A DNA stretch of 62,254 bases, counting the filler, from Gemmatimonadota bacterium (GTDB taxonomy: Bacteria > 4572-55 > J002), in NCBI GenBank assembly GCA_003697105.1. It is 4 parts of 4 records of this genome, joined end to end, with 100 filler letters (N's around TTAATTAATTAA, not from the genome) between each part and the next. Parts side by side here need not be neighbours in the genome. Positions count along the whole stretch, not along the records: positions 26,120 to 38,537 come from RFFQ01000154.1; positions 38,638 to 56,379 come from RFFQ01000155.1; 2 more parts are not named here. The stretch is one strand, 5' to 3'. Position numbers and translations under genes: made by a program. The notes under the pieces were generated by a model, which was not told the DNA's origin, searched no databases, and saw only the letters and a list, made by a program, of their open reading frames with translations. Below, one piece after another: positions 29,981-40,290 of the stretch; positions within the stretch are counted from its first letter, which is position 1; every line of letters starts with the position of its first letter.

Positions 29981-30115
29981 GAGCCATTCGTGAATGTAAA
30001 AATCCCCGCCATAATGCGGATTTGCGGGCTACCGGTTATTGCGCGAACTACTATCCCCAAAAATTTTGTCAGCACATGCAAGGGTCGTGGGTTGCCTTTG
30101 ACAGGCTCAGGCAGC
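29981..30115 (+). repeat. Dispersed repeat module A copy 3 + module B + terminal hairpin
   Basis: Module A at 29981-30036. ATCCCCAAAAATTTTGTCAGC matches the 123-bp unit (ATCCCCAAAAATTTTGCCAGC). Hairpin GTTGCCT-TTGACAGGCTC-AGGCAGC. Confidence 0.7.
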
Positions 30116-30174
30116 AGCGGGTAGGCGGAGCAGTTCTACTTCCAATTCGCCATAAACCCGCGTTCTCATCTTAC

Positions 30175-30209
30175 AAAAAAACCGCATCCAATTTTGTATT
30201 GGATGCGGG
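30175..30209 (-). terminator. Rho-independent terminator
   Basis: CCGCATCCAAT/ATTGGATGCGG stem followed by U7 on the minus strand. Confidence 0.75.
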
Positions 30210-30235
30210 TCTGAGCAGCTTATCCATTCTCGGGT

Positions 30236-30727
30236 TCAAATTTCTTTCTCTTTTTCGCTAATTTCCTTTAAGCGGCTGCGGACTTGGTTCATTTTAGAAA
30301 CTTGTTCATAATGTTGCACTGCTTTGTGGATCACTTGCACCAGTTCCATCGTACTGCCCGATTTTTCAAAATAGGCATACGGTTTATACTTTTTACGGAG
30401 TTGCATTTTTTCCGAGAGACCCTCAAAACCGGAAAAGAAAATGATCGGTACATCCGGGTAATTTTCTTTAATTTTCTGATAGACTTCAAACCCATCCATG
30501 CCCGGCATTTTCACGTCCAACACCACCGTTTCGGTTGTCTGATCCACCGTCCTGACGCCGTCTTCCCCATTTTCACACAGTTTCACCCGGTATTTATCCC
30601 GCAAGACCAGATTCAGCGTATCCCGAATCACGGAATCATCATCAATGATAACCACTAGGGGTTTTTCTTTACCGGCCTCCGGCTTATGGATCCGTCTAGG
30701 GGGACGCACTCGTACCCGTCGTTCCAC
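30236..30727 (-). CDS. Response regulator receiver protein
   Basis: IIDDD, VLDVKMPGMDG, IIFFSG; basic N-terminal extension; AAGGAG RBS. Confidence 0.88.
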   Translation of the reverse strand: MERRVRVRPPRRIHKPEAGKEKPLVVIIDDDSVIRDTLNLVLRDKYRVKLCENGEDGVRTVDQTTETVVLDVKMPGMDGFEVYQKIKENYPDVPIIFFSGFEGLSEKMQLRKKYKPYAYFEKSGSTMELVQVIHKAVQHYEQVSKMNQVRSRLKEISEKEKEI

Positions 30728-30868
30728 GATATGCTCCTTCGGTTAAATGGTTTTAGGTGCCGGGTTATCCATGTTTCACTCCGGCGCAAAAGGTAAGCCC
30801 GGCATAAATAAATATTCATTGAAGGCGATTGTCAATATATCTTCCAGGCACCGGTCTGGCGGAGGTGG

Positions 30869-33800
30869 CTACTCCATCCCTTTTCCTGGTAATCTGAGGG
30901 TCACAGTCGTGCCGGCGCCTTCCGTGCTGTGGATGGAAATGGTTCCATTGTGCTCTTTTACTAAGCGATGTACGGTGGAGAGTCCCAATCCCTTACCGTG
31001 GACTCCTTTTGTTGTAAAGAAGGGTTCAAGAGCATGTTGCAGCGTTTCTGGGGACATACCGCCCCCATTATCCTCAAATTGGATTTCGATCTGCGAGTCT
31101 TCTTTTTTCATGCGGACGGTAATGGTTGGGTCTGGTTGGTTCTCCAGCGCTTGGATCGAATTGTTGAGTAGGTTGGTAAACATCTGTCCCATCAGGCCGC
31201 TAGTTGAAATAATTTCGATAGGCTCGGTCTCGAAGGCTTCCACAACCCTAATCCGCTCTAATTTAGGGGCGTGGATACGGACGGTTTCACGTAAGACTTC
31301 ACAGAGATTAATGGTGCCTAACCGGCGACTTTTTTCACCGACTAAGCCTTGTAGATCGCGGACGACGGTCAACCCTCGCTGGCTGGCGGCTTTGATCAGT
31401 TCCGCGGCTTGTTGCAGAGAATTCCACCGGTGATTCCATTCATCTAAATATTGTTGTAATTTTAGTCCTTCCTGATCGGTTTCCCAGCATTCCCAAATCA
31501 CATCTTCTGCTAATTTTGGTGCATTTAGAATATGCTCTAAGGGTCCAATAATGCCGCCAAATGCGTTGTTCAGTTCATGGGAGACCATGCCTGCCATCTC
31601 GCCCAGTGTGGCGGAGCGCTCGGTATCCAGCAACTGTTGGGTACGCTCTCGTACTTTTGCCTCTAAGCTGGCGTAAAGGTTTGAATTTTCAATAGAGATG
31701 GCAATTTGGGATGAGAGCAGGTTCAACACTTCCAGCCGTTCACTGGTGAAGGCGCCCTCCGTGAGATTGTTCTCCAGATAGAGCAAGCCGGTGACGCGAT
31801 TCCGGTGGAGGATCGGTGTGCATAAAATCGATTTAGGCTGGTGATGTTGGAGGTACTCATCATTTGCAAACCGGTGGTCTCGGGTGGCGTTATGCAATAC
31901 AACGGGTGTTTTGGTGCGAATGACATATTGGATTATCGCCGGGGATATTTGGGGTGAAAGTTCCAGCGGCATGGCGCCGGTTAGGTTGATGGTGTCAGAA
32001 TCCGCTAATTTTTCGACCTCGATCACCCACTGTCCTTCTCGTTGCAGTACCAAAAATCCTTTTTGTGCTCCAGCATTTTCCAATACGGTTTTCATTAGGG
32101 TTTTCAGGAGCTTATCACGAACAATCTCCCCGGAGATTGCTTGCGATGCCCGCATTACAGCCATCAAGTCGATAATTGCCGTACCCCCTTGCGTAGTTTG
32201 CATACTGGTCGTGATGGTCAACGTGGTTCCGGTATCATCTATTTCGGCTTTTTGGCGTTCGGGTTTGGTAATCAAATTGTCGTAACGTGTTTCCAGATGC
32301 CGTAACTTCCCATCGGCGCCCCATTTGCGATAGGCATAATGTGCTTCGGTCATGTACACGCGAGCAATTTCCTCAAAACCTCGGCGACGGTAAAAGTGTG
32401 CCGCACGCTCATTGGCAATGGCTTCAATATGAGTTAACGTCTTTTCTTGGGCGGTCGTTATTACCTGTTTATACAGGTTCATGGCTTCTGTATCATCTCC
32501 CTGCAACTGTGCTATTTCCGCGCTGACGAGTTGGTACATATGGCTTACATTCATTGGGGCAACGTCACTCCACCGTTTTAACTTTTGTTGTTGCCGGGTC
32601 AGCGTCTTCCAGTAGGTTTGTTGTTCGGCGTGGGCGGCTTGCGGGTACAACGCCGCTAGGGTTAACGCATAGTAAAAACAATGATCTACAATCACCGCTT
32701 GGCTCAAGAGCAATTCCTCAATGTTTGCGGAGGCTTGCGCGACCGCCAATGCTTGTGGATACTCCTCAAAAATAACCAGTTGCTGTAATTTGTAAGTATA
32801 ATAAACTTGCAGGGGAACATCCATACCCAAATCGATCATTTTCTGAACAGCCTGATTCTCATCAAAATCCTTGTTGGACATGCTGGTCAAGGATTCCGTC
32901 AAGCCTTGCAGTGCCATGATCGAACTACGGATAATGCGTAGAATGGTGATGCCCACTTCATTTTTGGAGTGTTGGATAAAATCGGCGTGTTCTGCCCATC
33001 GTTTTTGGATGTTATTCAGATTTTCTCCTAGCAAGGTGCGGGTAAATAACTCAAAATACACGGCGAGCCGGGCATAAATCACGTCACCGGATTCCAGCCC
33101 AACTTGTTGTGCCCGTAGCAGATGATCCAATGCTTCATGGAGCGGGTCTTGCCAATGTTTGATAAAAATAGCAAAGAGGGCATTCAACTTGGCATCCAAT
33201 TCTACATTTTGGAATTTCGCATTGAGTTCCAGTGCCATCCGTCCGAACTCATATCCAGTTTTCAACTCACCTAAACGTCCGGCAACGATCATCGCATAAA
33301 AAATATACGCATTGGGCGACACTCGTGCGTTGCCGTATTTGAGCGACATCCGGATCATTTCCAAAACTACAACCGCCATTAATCCTTTGTTCACATAATA
33401 GGTGGGGGTTACCAGATTGGATAGCATCTGCATGATCGCCAAATGGTGGGGATTCGTCATTTCCGGTAAGTTGACGAGATCGGTAATCCGGCGTCCCCCT
33501 AACCCCAGCTTTACTTTGCCGAATTCTAGCAAAATTTTGGCTTTATTCGGCGTTTGAGAGATATGGACACCGAGTTCGTTTAAGCCCTTCAGACCACACT
33601 CAATTGCGGCTTGATATTGGCTGAGGTTGGTATGCAGTTCACATTTAATCCGGTAAATTTGGGCTTTTTCGTCTCCGGTTCGGGCATTGGATAGCAGGAG
33701 TTCAAAGTGGCTTTCTGCCTGCTCGTACTGGGTGGAAAGGTATTCGCATTGGGCTTGTTCCCGATAAATTTCAAAGGTTAGGGCATATTTTTGGTGCCAG

Positions 33801-36148
33801 GGGTCTGGGGGAAGCAATTCAGTGGCGATCTCCAAAAACGTTACTGCCGTTTCATAAGCGGTTGAGGCTTTTGCTTTTTTAGCCGCACTTAAATTCAGGT
33901 ATGCCAATTCACTGCGTTCGCGCGCTGTAGATAGCAACGCCCGTCCCTGGTTCAGATGGTTGATAATCTCAAACAGCCGTTCTTCTCGTGCCTCGCGGGA
34001 GAGTGTTTTTTGCAAAACCTGCCCGATCTGGAGATGAATGAGTCGTTGCTCCTCTTCGGGGATGAGAGAAGATGCCGCCTCCTGCACTCTGGCATGTAAG
34101 AATTTGAACCGGTACGCCTCGGGTGAGCTTATTTCCACCGTATCACCGGTTTCAGTGCCGCTAAATCCAAAGTCAGTCATCGGCACGATCAACCCGCTGG
34201 TGATGCTTACTTTAAGGTCGGCTAAACATTCCGACGGCGGTTGGGCTGAAATTTCACCCAGCAGTTTTAGATCGAAAAAATTACCGATACAAGCGGCGTA
34301 TTTCAAAATACGTTGGGTTTTTTCCGGCAGTTGGTGAATTTTATCGACCATCAATTGCACCACATTATCGGTAATTTGCAACGCCTGAATGGGTGCCAAA
34401 TCCCATTTCCACTGCCCGGTGCGATGATCGAACTGGATCAAGTTGTGCTGGTGGGCTGTCTGCAAAAACTCATGGATAAAAAAAGGATTACCATTGGTTT
34501 TTTGGAGGAGCACCCTTGCCAAGTCCTGTGCGGGGTTCATCTCGCAGCGGAACGTATCCTTGACCAGCCGGATAATATCCGCTTCCTGAAACGGGTGCAG
34601 GTGCAGTTCGTGGACGGGGATTCCGGCGGTTTTCAATTCAGCCATGCTCTTAAAGAGGGGATGGTCGCTGTTGACTTCATCAGAGCGATAACTACCGATC
34701 ACCAGTAGATGGGCGGTCTCAGGGTGATCCAGCAGGTGTTCCATCAATTTTAGCGAGGGTGTATCTGCCCATTCCAGATTATCCAAAAAGATGACCAGCG
34801 GATGGTCGGCATCGGCAAATGCCCGGATAAATTCTTGAAATACCCGGTTAAATCGATTTTGGGCTTCGGCGGGGGGGAGTTCCGGCACGGGGGGTTGCTC
34901 CCCGATGATGGCAGCCACTTCTGGGATAACATCGATAACCAACTGCCCGTTCTTCCCCAGTTTATCTTGTAATGCTCGCTTCCAAAAGAGGACCTGTTCA
35001 TCGGCTTCGGCTAAAATCTGATTGATGAGACCCTGAAAGGCGGTAACCCAACCCCCGAAAGGGGTGTTCTGGCTGAGGGGGTCAAAGTGGCTGGTTAGGT
35101 AATATCCGCGTTGTTGGATGACCGGTTTCTGAATTTCGTGAATGAGCGAGCTTTTCCCCACCCCGGCATTGCCGGTGACCAACACAAGTTCAGCGTCTCC
35201 CTGCCGGATGCGGTCAAAAGCGGCGAGTAAGGCGTTTAGCTCGTTCTCCCGCCCGTACAATCGTTGGGAAAGTTGAAATTTGTCGGAAACATCGTGATGA
35301 CCGGGTTCAAAATCCGCAATTGTGCGGGTTTTTTCCCATTGCCGCAGGCAGGTTTCCAAGTCCGCTTTGAGTCCAAAGGCACTCTGGTACCGGTCTTCTG
35401 CGGTTTTTGCCAGCAGTTTCATCACCACGTTGGAAACCGCTTGGGGAATCCGTTCATTTAACTGGTGGGGTAACGGAGGCTGTTTGGCAATGTGGGCATG
35501 GATCAACTCCATGGGATCGGTGGTTTGAAACGGCAACCAACCCACCAGCATTTCGTAAAAGGTGACTCCTAGCGAATAAAAATCAGAACGATAATCAATA
35601 GACCGGTTCATTCGTCCGGTCTGCTCCGGTGACATGTAGGCAAGCGTGCCTTCTAACCGTCCCACATTTGCCGCTTGGATGCCGGAAAGTTTCGTTGAGA
35701 TACCAAAATCGGTAATTTTGACAATCTCTTTTTCCAGATTGACGATGATATTGTGCGGTTTGATATCTTTATGGATAATATTATGGTGATGAAGCCCGCC
35801 TAAGGTCTCGGCGAGGCAAATGGCAATTTTGAGGAAAGTTGGGAGATCGATCCGCTGGGCATCCATCACATGTTTCAAGGAGTCCCCATTAAAATCTTCC
35901 AAGATGAGTGCCAACCGGCTTTTATATTTTTCCAGGGCTAATGGCTTGACAACGCCCTCCAAATCAAGGTCTTTGATGATGTCATGTTCATGTTTTAAGC
36001 GTGCCAGTTCTGCCGGAGTGGGATGATCCGCTTTGAGAACTTTGATAATCACCGGCAGGTCGTCAACCTGACGCTTACCGCGATAGATCACCGTATTCAC
36101 ACCTTTGTAAATTAGGGTATCAATGGTGTATCCATCAATTGAGATCAT
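30869..36148 (-). CDS. Trifunctional Ser/Thr kinase - AAA ATPase - GAF - histidine kinase (HstK type)
   Basis: HKDIKPHN, DFG, GTLAYMSPEQTGR; Walker A GNAGVGKS; GAF LYLENN; SHELNN, DNGGGM, PFFTTK, GLGLS; ATG 36148 has an AGGAG RBS. Confidence 0.92.
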   Translation of the reverse strand: MISIDGYTIDTLIYKGVNTVIYRGKRQVDDLPVIIKVLKADHPTPAELARLKHEHDIIKDLDLEGVVKPLALEKYKSRLALILEDFNGDSLKHVMDAQRIDLPTFLKIAICLAETLGGLHHHNIIHKDIKPHNIIVNLEKEIVKITDFGISTKLSGIQAANVGRLEGTLAYMSPEQTGRMNRSIDYRSDFYSLGVTFYEMLVGWLPFQTTDPMELIHAHIAKQPPLPHQLNERIPQAVSNVVMKLLAKTAEDRYQSAFGLKADLETCLRQWEKTRTIADFEPGHHDVSDKFQLSQRLYGRENELNALLAAFDRIRQGDAELVLVTGNAGVGKSSLIHEIQKPVIQQRGYYLTSHFDPLSQNTPFGGWVTAFQGLINQILAEADEQVLFWKRALQDKLGKNGQLVIDVIPEVAAIIGEQPPVPELPPAEAQNRFNRVFQEFIRAFADADHPLVIFLDNLEWADTPSLKLMEHLLDHPETAHLLVIGSYRSDEVNSDHPLFKSMAELKTAGIPVHELHLHPFQEADIIRLVKDTFRCEMNPAQDLARVLLQKTNGNPFFIHEFLQTAHQHNLIQFDHRTGQWKWDLAPIQALQITDNVVQLMVDKIHQLPEKTQRILKYAACIGNFFDLKLLGEISAQPPSECLADLKVSITSGLIVPMTDFGFSGTETGDTVEISSPEAYRFKFLHARVQEAASSLIPEEEQRLIHLQIGQVLQKTLSREAREERLFEIINHLNQGRALLSTARERSELAYLNLSAAKKAKASTAYETAVTFLEIATELLPPDPWHQKYALTFEIYREQAQCEYLSTQYEQAESHFELLLSNARTGDEKAQIYRIKCELHTNLSQYQAAIECGLKGLNELGVHISQTPNKAKILLEFGKVKLGLGGRRITDLVNLPEMTNPHHLAIMQMLSNLVTPTYYVNKGLMAVVVLEMIRMSLKYGNARVSPNAYIFYAMIVAGRLGELKTGYEFGRMALELNAKFQNVELDAKLNALFAIFIKHWQDPLHEALDHLLRAQQVGLESGDVIYARLAVYFELFTRTLLGENLNNIQKRWAEHADFIQHSKNEVGITILRIIRSSIMALQGLTESLTSMSNKDFDENQAVQKMIDLGMDVPLQVYYTYKLQQLVIFEEYPQALAVAQASANIEELLLSQAVIVDHCFYYALTLAALYPQAAHAEQQTYWKTLTRQQQKLKRWSDVAPMNVSHMYQLVSAEIAQLQGDDTEAMNLYKQVITTAQEKTLTHIEAIANERAAHFYRRRGFEEIARVYMTEAHYAYRKWGADGKLRHLETRYDNLITKPERQKAEIDDTGTTLTITTSMQTTQGGTAIIDLMAVMRASQAISGEIVRDKLLKTLMKTVLENAGAQKGFLVLQREGQWVIEVEKLADSDTINLTGAMPLELSPQISPAIIQYVIRTKTPVVLHNATRDHRFANDEYLQHHQPKSILCTPILHRNRVTGLLYLENNLTEGAFTSERLEVLNLLSSQIAISIENSNLYASLEAKVRERTQQLLDTERSATLGEMAGMVSHELNNAFGGIIGPLEHILNAPKLAEDVIWECWETDQEGLKLQQYLDEWNHRWNSLQQAAELIKAASQRGLTVVRDLQGLVGEKSRRLGTINLCEVLRETVRIHAPKLERIRVVEAFETEPIEIISTSGLMGQMFTNLLNNSIQALENQPDPTITVRMKKEDSQIEIQFEDNGGGMSPETLQHALEPFFTTKGVHGKGLGLSTVHRLVKEHNGTISIHSTEGAGTTVTLRLPGKGME

Positions 36149-36297
36149 GAACACTCCTAATCTGATGTGTTCCAAACCGGAGAATATAATGTCACAACGA
36201 AAATTTCATCATACAAGATAACGCCTCAAAAGTCCACCAAAAAGTGAAGCGAATTTGATACCTGATTCCGGGCAAGCGCCGTCAAAACACAGGAAAT

Positions 36298-36699
36298 TTA
36301 GGTGGCGGTTCGGAATGTCCAAAAATGATTGGCAGTAAAATTAAGCATCATCCCGAGTCCAATCCCGATCCCTTTTGCCACAAATGGATTCATTCCCCAA
36401 TGACGAGTCAGTGACCACAGTACCAGCATATCGGTTGATGCCGCCACGAAACTGGTGATGAAGTTATAGCGTACCAAACGACCCCAAAAGGAATACTTTC
36501 CGGTATCACGGCGATCCCGCCAGGTCCAGCAATCGTTAAGAAGAAAATTGGTGATGATCGAGACTTCAATTGCAATCGGGTTGGCAACCAGATCGTACAG
36601 TCCCAGCGGGATGTGAAGCAACCAAAACATCCCCATGTTGACCCCCACACCACTTGCTCCCACAATACTAAATTTCAGAAATCGTTGTATAGAAAACAT
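36298..36699 (-). CDS. GtrA family protein
   Basis: FLKFSIVGASGVGVN, NFLLNDCWTW, NFTANHFWTF; 4 TM. Confidence 0.9.
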   Translation of the reverse strand: MFSIQRFLKFSIVGASGVGVNMGMFWLLHIPLGLYDLVANPIAIEVSIITNFLLNDCWTWRDRRDTGKYSFWGRLVRYNFITSFVAASTDMLVLWSLTRHWGMNPFVAKGIGIGLGMMLNFTANHFWTFRTAT

Positions 36700-36701
36700 G
36701 C

Positions 36702-38264
36702 TTAACGTTCCCGTTGGGGGGGTAATCCCCGGTAATGATAACAGCGATAAATGGTAAACCGGCGAAACAGTTTATGGTGATGGATGATGTCGAGCTGGTC
36801 AATCTGTTCGATCCGCTCAAATACGGGTTCAATTTGCTTTCGTTGCCACGACCGGAGCGGCGAGGCATTGCTGGTGACTAATAGGGCATCTTTCCCTTTA
36901 ATGCGCTCTAGATCGTTCCAAAAAGTATATTGTAGCCCTTTGCCGCCGTAAATGTTGGCGGAATAGGTCTCCAGATGCGGATTGGTGTAATACGTGATTT
37001 GGGTGGGTATTTTATATTCCGTGCTGAACACAAAACTGCCCGGCGGCATTTGGGAGCGCAATTCGGTAATGCGCTGTGCCAGTTGCTCCCAGCCAGTCCA
37101 GGTGTCGCCTTTGCGCAGAGGAAGAATCGGGTACAGCGGAAGCACATGGGCGATTACGGTCAGGGTGGCGGCAAGGGTGATGGCGGCAACCGTCCATTTG
37201 CGGTACGTTGAAGCGCGTTCCGGTTTCTGGGCGAACTTCTCTGCCCACAGTAGAGCCAACGCCACTATCAAGGTGATGTAGCTGGGCGCAAGCCAATTCA
37301 TTTTGACCAAACTCTGGAAACTGATTAGGGTAAATAGGGCGATCATCGGCAGGGAAAAGCTGATCAAAAAGCGAAATTGGGTTGCCCGATATGCAAACCC
37401 AGAATTTTCGGCGTGCGCAAATGCCCGCCGCGTACCTTGATAGAGCGCGTACAGACAGCCCGCAAAAATTAATGGCGTGACCAGAGCGGTCTGAGAACCT
37501 AGCAATTGCCCGAAATAATGCGGCTTAAACCGGAACCACGATTTTGCCCGATCCGCCGATTGAAACAGAAATGATGCCCACTCGTGCTGGTAATTCCAGA
37601 TCAGCACCGGACTAAAAATCAACAAGGATAATACTACGGCAAGGTAGGGTTCTTTACGCCGGAACCAGTGCCTTTGAGCCGGTTCCCAGATCAGGAACAG
37701 CAGAGTACCGATCACCAAAAAAATCGCACTGTATTTGCTGATCATCGCTGCTCCCAACCCAAAACCTGCCAAATACCACCATACCCCAGTTTGGGTATGT
37801 GCTAACTTAAACACGGCAAAGAGGGTCAACATCCAGAAAAAAAGTAGGGGCACATCTGGGGTAATGATCGTGGTTCCAATGGAAAATAAAAGGGTTACAT
37901 TGACCGTGACAATGGTGTAAAACGCGATCTTTTCCGCCCGTTCCGGTTGTCCGGTGCTAAGGAGGGCTATCTCGCGGGTCAACAGATAGAGCAACACGGT
38001 AAAACCCGTTGCATATATCACACAGCCCAACCGGATCCAGAAGGGTGAATCTCCTCCGATAGCCGTGAATAACGCAATCGTCCATGCGGCGGCGGGCGGA
38101 TGATCAAAATAACTCAGTGCCAGATGTTTGGCATACTTCCAATAGTAGGCTTCCTGCGGGACAATTGGCGGAAAGTTGATGTAAATCAACCGGATCAGTG
38201 CCATGAAGGCAATAAAAAGCCATGCGTTGAGGCGGTAGTAAGATAACCGGTTTAGAGATAGCAT
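36702..38264 (-). CDS. ArnT/PMT_2 (GT-C) family glycosyltransferase
   Basis: EAYYW....LALSYFDHPP, TPDVPL, SKYSA, P..IWN..HEWASF.FQ, NWLAPSY; multiple TM. Confidence 0.88.
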   Translation of the reverse strand: MLSLNRLSYYRLNAWLFIAFMALIRLIYINFPPIVPQEAYYWKYAKHLALSYFDHPPAAAWTIALFTAIGGDSPFWIRLGCVIYATGFTVLLYLLTREIALLSTGQPERAEKIAFYTIVTVNVTLLFSIGTTIITPDVPLLFFWMLTLFAVFKLAHTQTGVWWYLAGFGLGAAMISKYSAIFLVIGTLLFLIWEPAQRHWFRRKEPYLAVVLSLLIFSPVLIWNYQHEWASFLFQSADRAKSWFRFKPHYFGQLLGSQTALVTPLIFAGCLYALYQGTRRAFAHAENSGFAYRATQFRFLISFSLPMIALFTLISFQSLVKMNWLAPSYITLIVALALLWAEKFAQKPERASTYRKWTVAAITLAATLTVIAHVLPLYPILPLRKGDTWTGWEQLAQRITELRSQMPPGSFVFSTEYKIPTQITYYTNPHLETYSANIYGGKGLQYTFWNDLERIKGKDALLVTSNASPLRSWQRKQIEPVFERIEQIDQLDIIHHHKLFRRFTIYRCYHYRGLPPQRER

Positions 38265-38537
38265 ATCAAAGTCCCTTTATTCAAAATGGCGAAGTTGTGC
38301 CTCGAAGGTCAGTAAATCATCACAGCAAGAACGACTGAGTATCGACGATACTCCATCCCACGCCCCCAACGGGCGAAAAAATAAGACGAAACCTCACAAT
38401 TCCGGCTAAAATTAGCTGGAAAAGATAATGAATTTATTCTGTCTTATCACCTGACCTGTGAGAATTTTCTTTTTAGGTCGGTATTTTTGTGTTAAATAAT
38501 GGGATAACCCTTTTCATACTAACCAAATTAGCAAGAG

Positions 38538-38637
38538 NNNNNNNNNNNNNNNNNNNNNNNNNNNNNNNNNNNNNNNNNNNNTTAATTAATTAANNNNNNN
38601 NNNNNNNNNNNNNNNNNNNNNNNNNNNNNNNNNNNNN
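38538..38637. other. Artificial scaffold/contig spacer
   Basis: 100 nt of N with central TTAATTAATTAA. Confidence 0.97.
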
Positions 38638-39060
38638 AATTTAGAACGAGAAAAGGAGCGGATTGTTCTAGAAAGTAGAAGAAAGTGGACTTTTTTTCAA
38701 GTTTTGTCGTGTACTATGATAAATATAATAAGAGTTGAAGCACACCCGAGTAAAACAAAATCTGAATCACAGTCTAATAGATAAGAACTGACCTGCCATC
38801 AAATAAACGCCGGAGGGAAAGCGAAGGAATACACATCCTACGAGCAATACCGAAGGGCACTGCTATCAGGCAAATTCAATTATGAAAACTTGCGTTATTT
38901 AAAATAAGAAAATTTGATGAATTAGACAACCACTTTCTTGGTTCATCCGAACCCCCCTAAATCCTAACCCCGAAACATTGAACATTGCTATTCCCCCTCA
39001 AAGATGCTATTATTCCGGCAATTCATTTTTCAGACACCCTACAATTACGAAAGTAAAATC

Positions 39061-40290
39061 ATGCTCAACCGCAACGATACTCTCGAACTCACCATTGAGA
39101 AATTGACATACACGGGTGACGGTCTTGCCCGTCATGACAACCAAGTGATTTTTGTACCGCAGACGGCTCCCGGAGATCGAGTCGAAGTTGAAATTACCGA
39201 ATTAAAAAAGCGGTTTGCCCGGGCACAACTCCGGCGTATCATCAAACCATCTCCGTATCGTATTGAGCCACCATGTGATGCCTTCCAACGGGGTTGTGGA
39301 GGTTGTCAGTGGCTTTATTTGGATTATGACGCGCAGTTACAAATCAAACATGCCATCGTTCAGGAAGCCCTTATCCAGCACCACTTGACGAACGTGCCGG
39401 TGAAACCAATTTTGGGTATGGATGATCCGTTTCATTATCGCAACAAAGGCACGGTGATGGTACACGCTACATCCGAAGAAATAACAGTCGGTTTTTACGA
39501 ACATCGCTCGAATACCATTGTTGATGTATTTGGAAGCGGTACCGGAGAATGTCCGGTACAAGCCACTGCCAACAACACGATGCTACAGGAGATTGGCCGG
39601 CGGCTTCGTACCGAGCATCGGATTATCTCCCCGCCCCAGCGGCTGGCATTTCGAGCGGGTACGGATGGTAAAATTAGCGCCAATCTCCCTCCGCAATGGA
39701 AAAATAAGATACAAACTACCAAACATGCTCGTTTTGAATTCCGCGGTTACCAATTTCGGGTATTTGGCGCCTCTTTTTTTCAGATTAATACCAACCAGAC
39801 CGAAAAATTGTTACAGGTGATTGATGGCTACCTCTCCCATCACCCCATTCGGCAACTGGTCGATCTCTTCTGTGGTGTAGGGCTATTTGCCATCTGTTTT
39901 GCCGGACACGCTGAGCAGGTATGGGGCATCGAATCCAGCAGAGCGGCAATTAAAGATGCTCAAAAAAATCAACATCTGAATCAGACCTCAAATATTAACT
40001 GGATTTTAGGACGAGCGGAACGCGAACTCTTCAATCTATGGCAAAAAGAGCCGGCTTTGGATACCCTGATTCTTGATCCACCGCGTGAGGGGTGTGACAA
40101 GCGACTTATTGGAGACATTACGCAATCTAACCTCCAACGGGTGGTGTACGTCTCCTGCGATCCAATGACGCTTATTCGAGACTTAAAACGCCTGCAAACC
40201 GGAGGCTTCCAGATTGTGGAACTTCAACCAATTGACATGTTTCCGCATACTTACCACATCGAATGTGTGGCGTATCTGGAGCGCGACTAA
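39061..40290 (+). CDS. rlmD: 23S rRNA (uracil-C5)-methyltransferase, RlmD/TrmA family
   Basis: TRAM domain, CDAFQRGCGGCQW, FFQIN, DLFCGVG, LDPPREG, YVSCDP, DMFPHTYHIE. Confidence 0.9.
   Translation: MLNRNDTLELTIEKLTYTGDGLARHDNQVIFVPQTAPGDRVEVEITELKKRFARAQLRRIIKPSPYRIEPPCDAFQRGCGGCQWLYLDYDAQLQIKHAIVQEALIQHHLTNVPVKPILGMDDPFHYRNKGTVMVHATSEEITVGFYEHRSNTIVDVFGSGTGECPVQATANNTMLQEIGRRLRTEHRIISPPQRLAFRAGTDGKISANLPPQWKNKIQTTKHARFEFRGYQFRVFGASFFQINTNQTEKLLQVIDGYLSHHPIRQLVDLFCGVGLFAICFAGHAEQVWGIESSRAAIKDAQKNQHLNQTSNINWILGRAERELFNLWQKEPALDTLILDPPREGCDKRLIGDITQSNLQRVVYVSCDPMTLIRDLKRLQTGGFQIVELQPIDMFPHTYHIECVAYLERD

Noticed and set aside
29947-30261. 104-aa ORF after tsaB
   Set aside because: It spans the repeat modules and a terminator; most likely non-coding.
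30747-31433. 228-aa + strand ORF and other long antisense ORFs (e.g. 55163-55690, 24296-24784, 11198-11578)
   Set aside because: Shadow frames opposite well-conserved genes, with no motifs of their own.
38638-38907. Possible gene remnant (..AGGKAKEYTSYEQYRRALLSGKFNYENLRYLK*)
   Set aside because: Short, bounded upstream by an in-frame stop, at a contig edge, and no family recognised.
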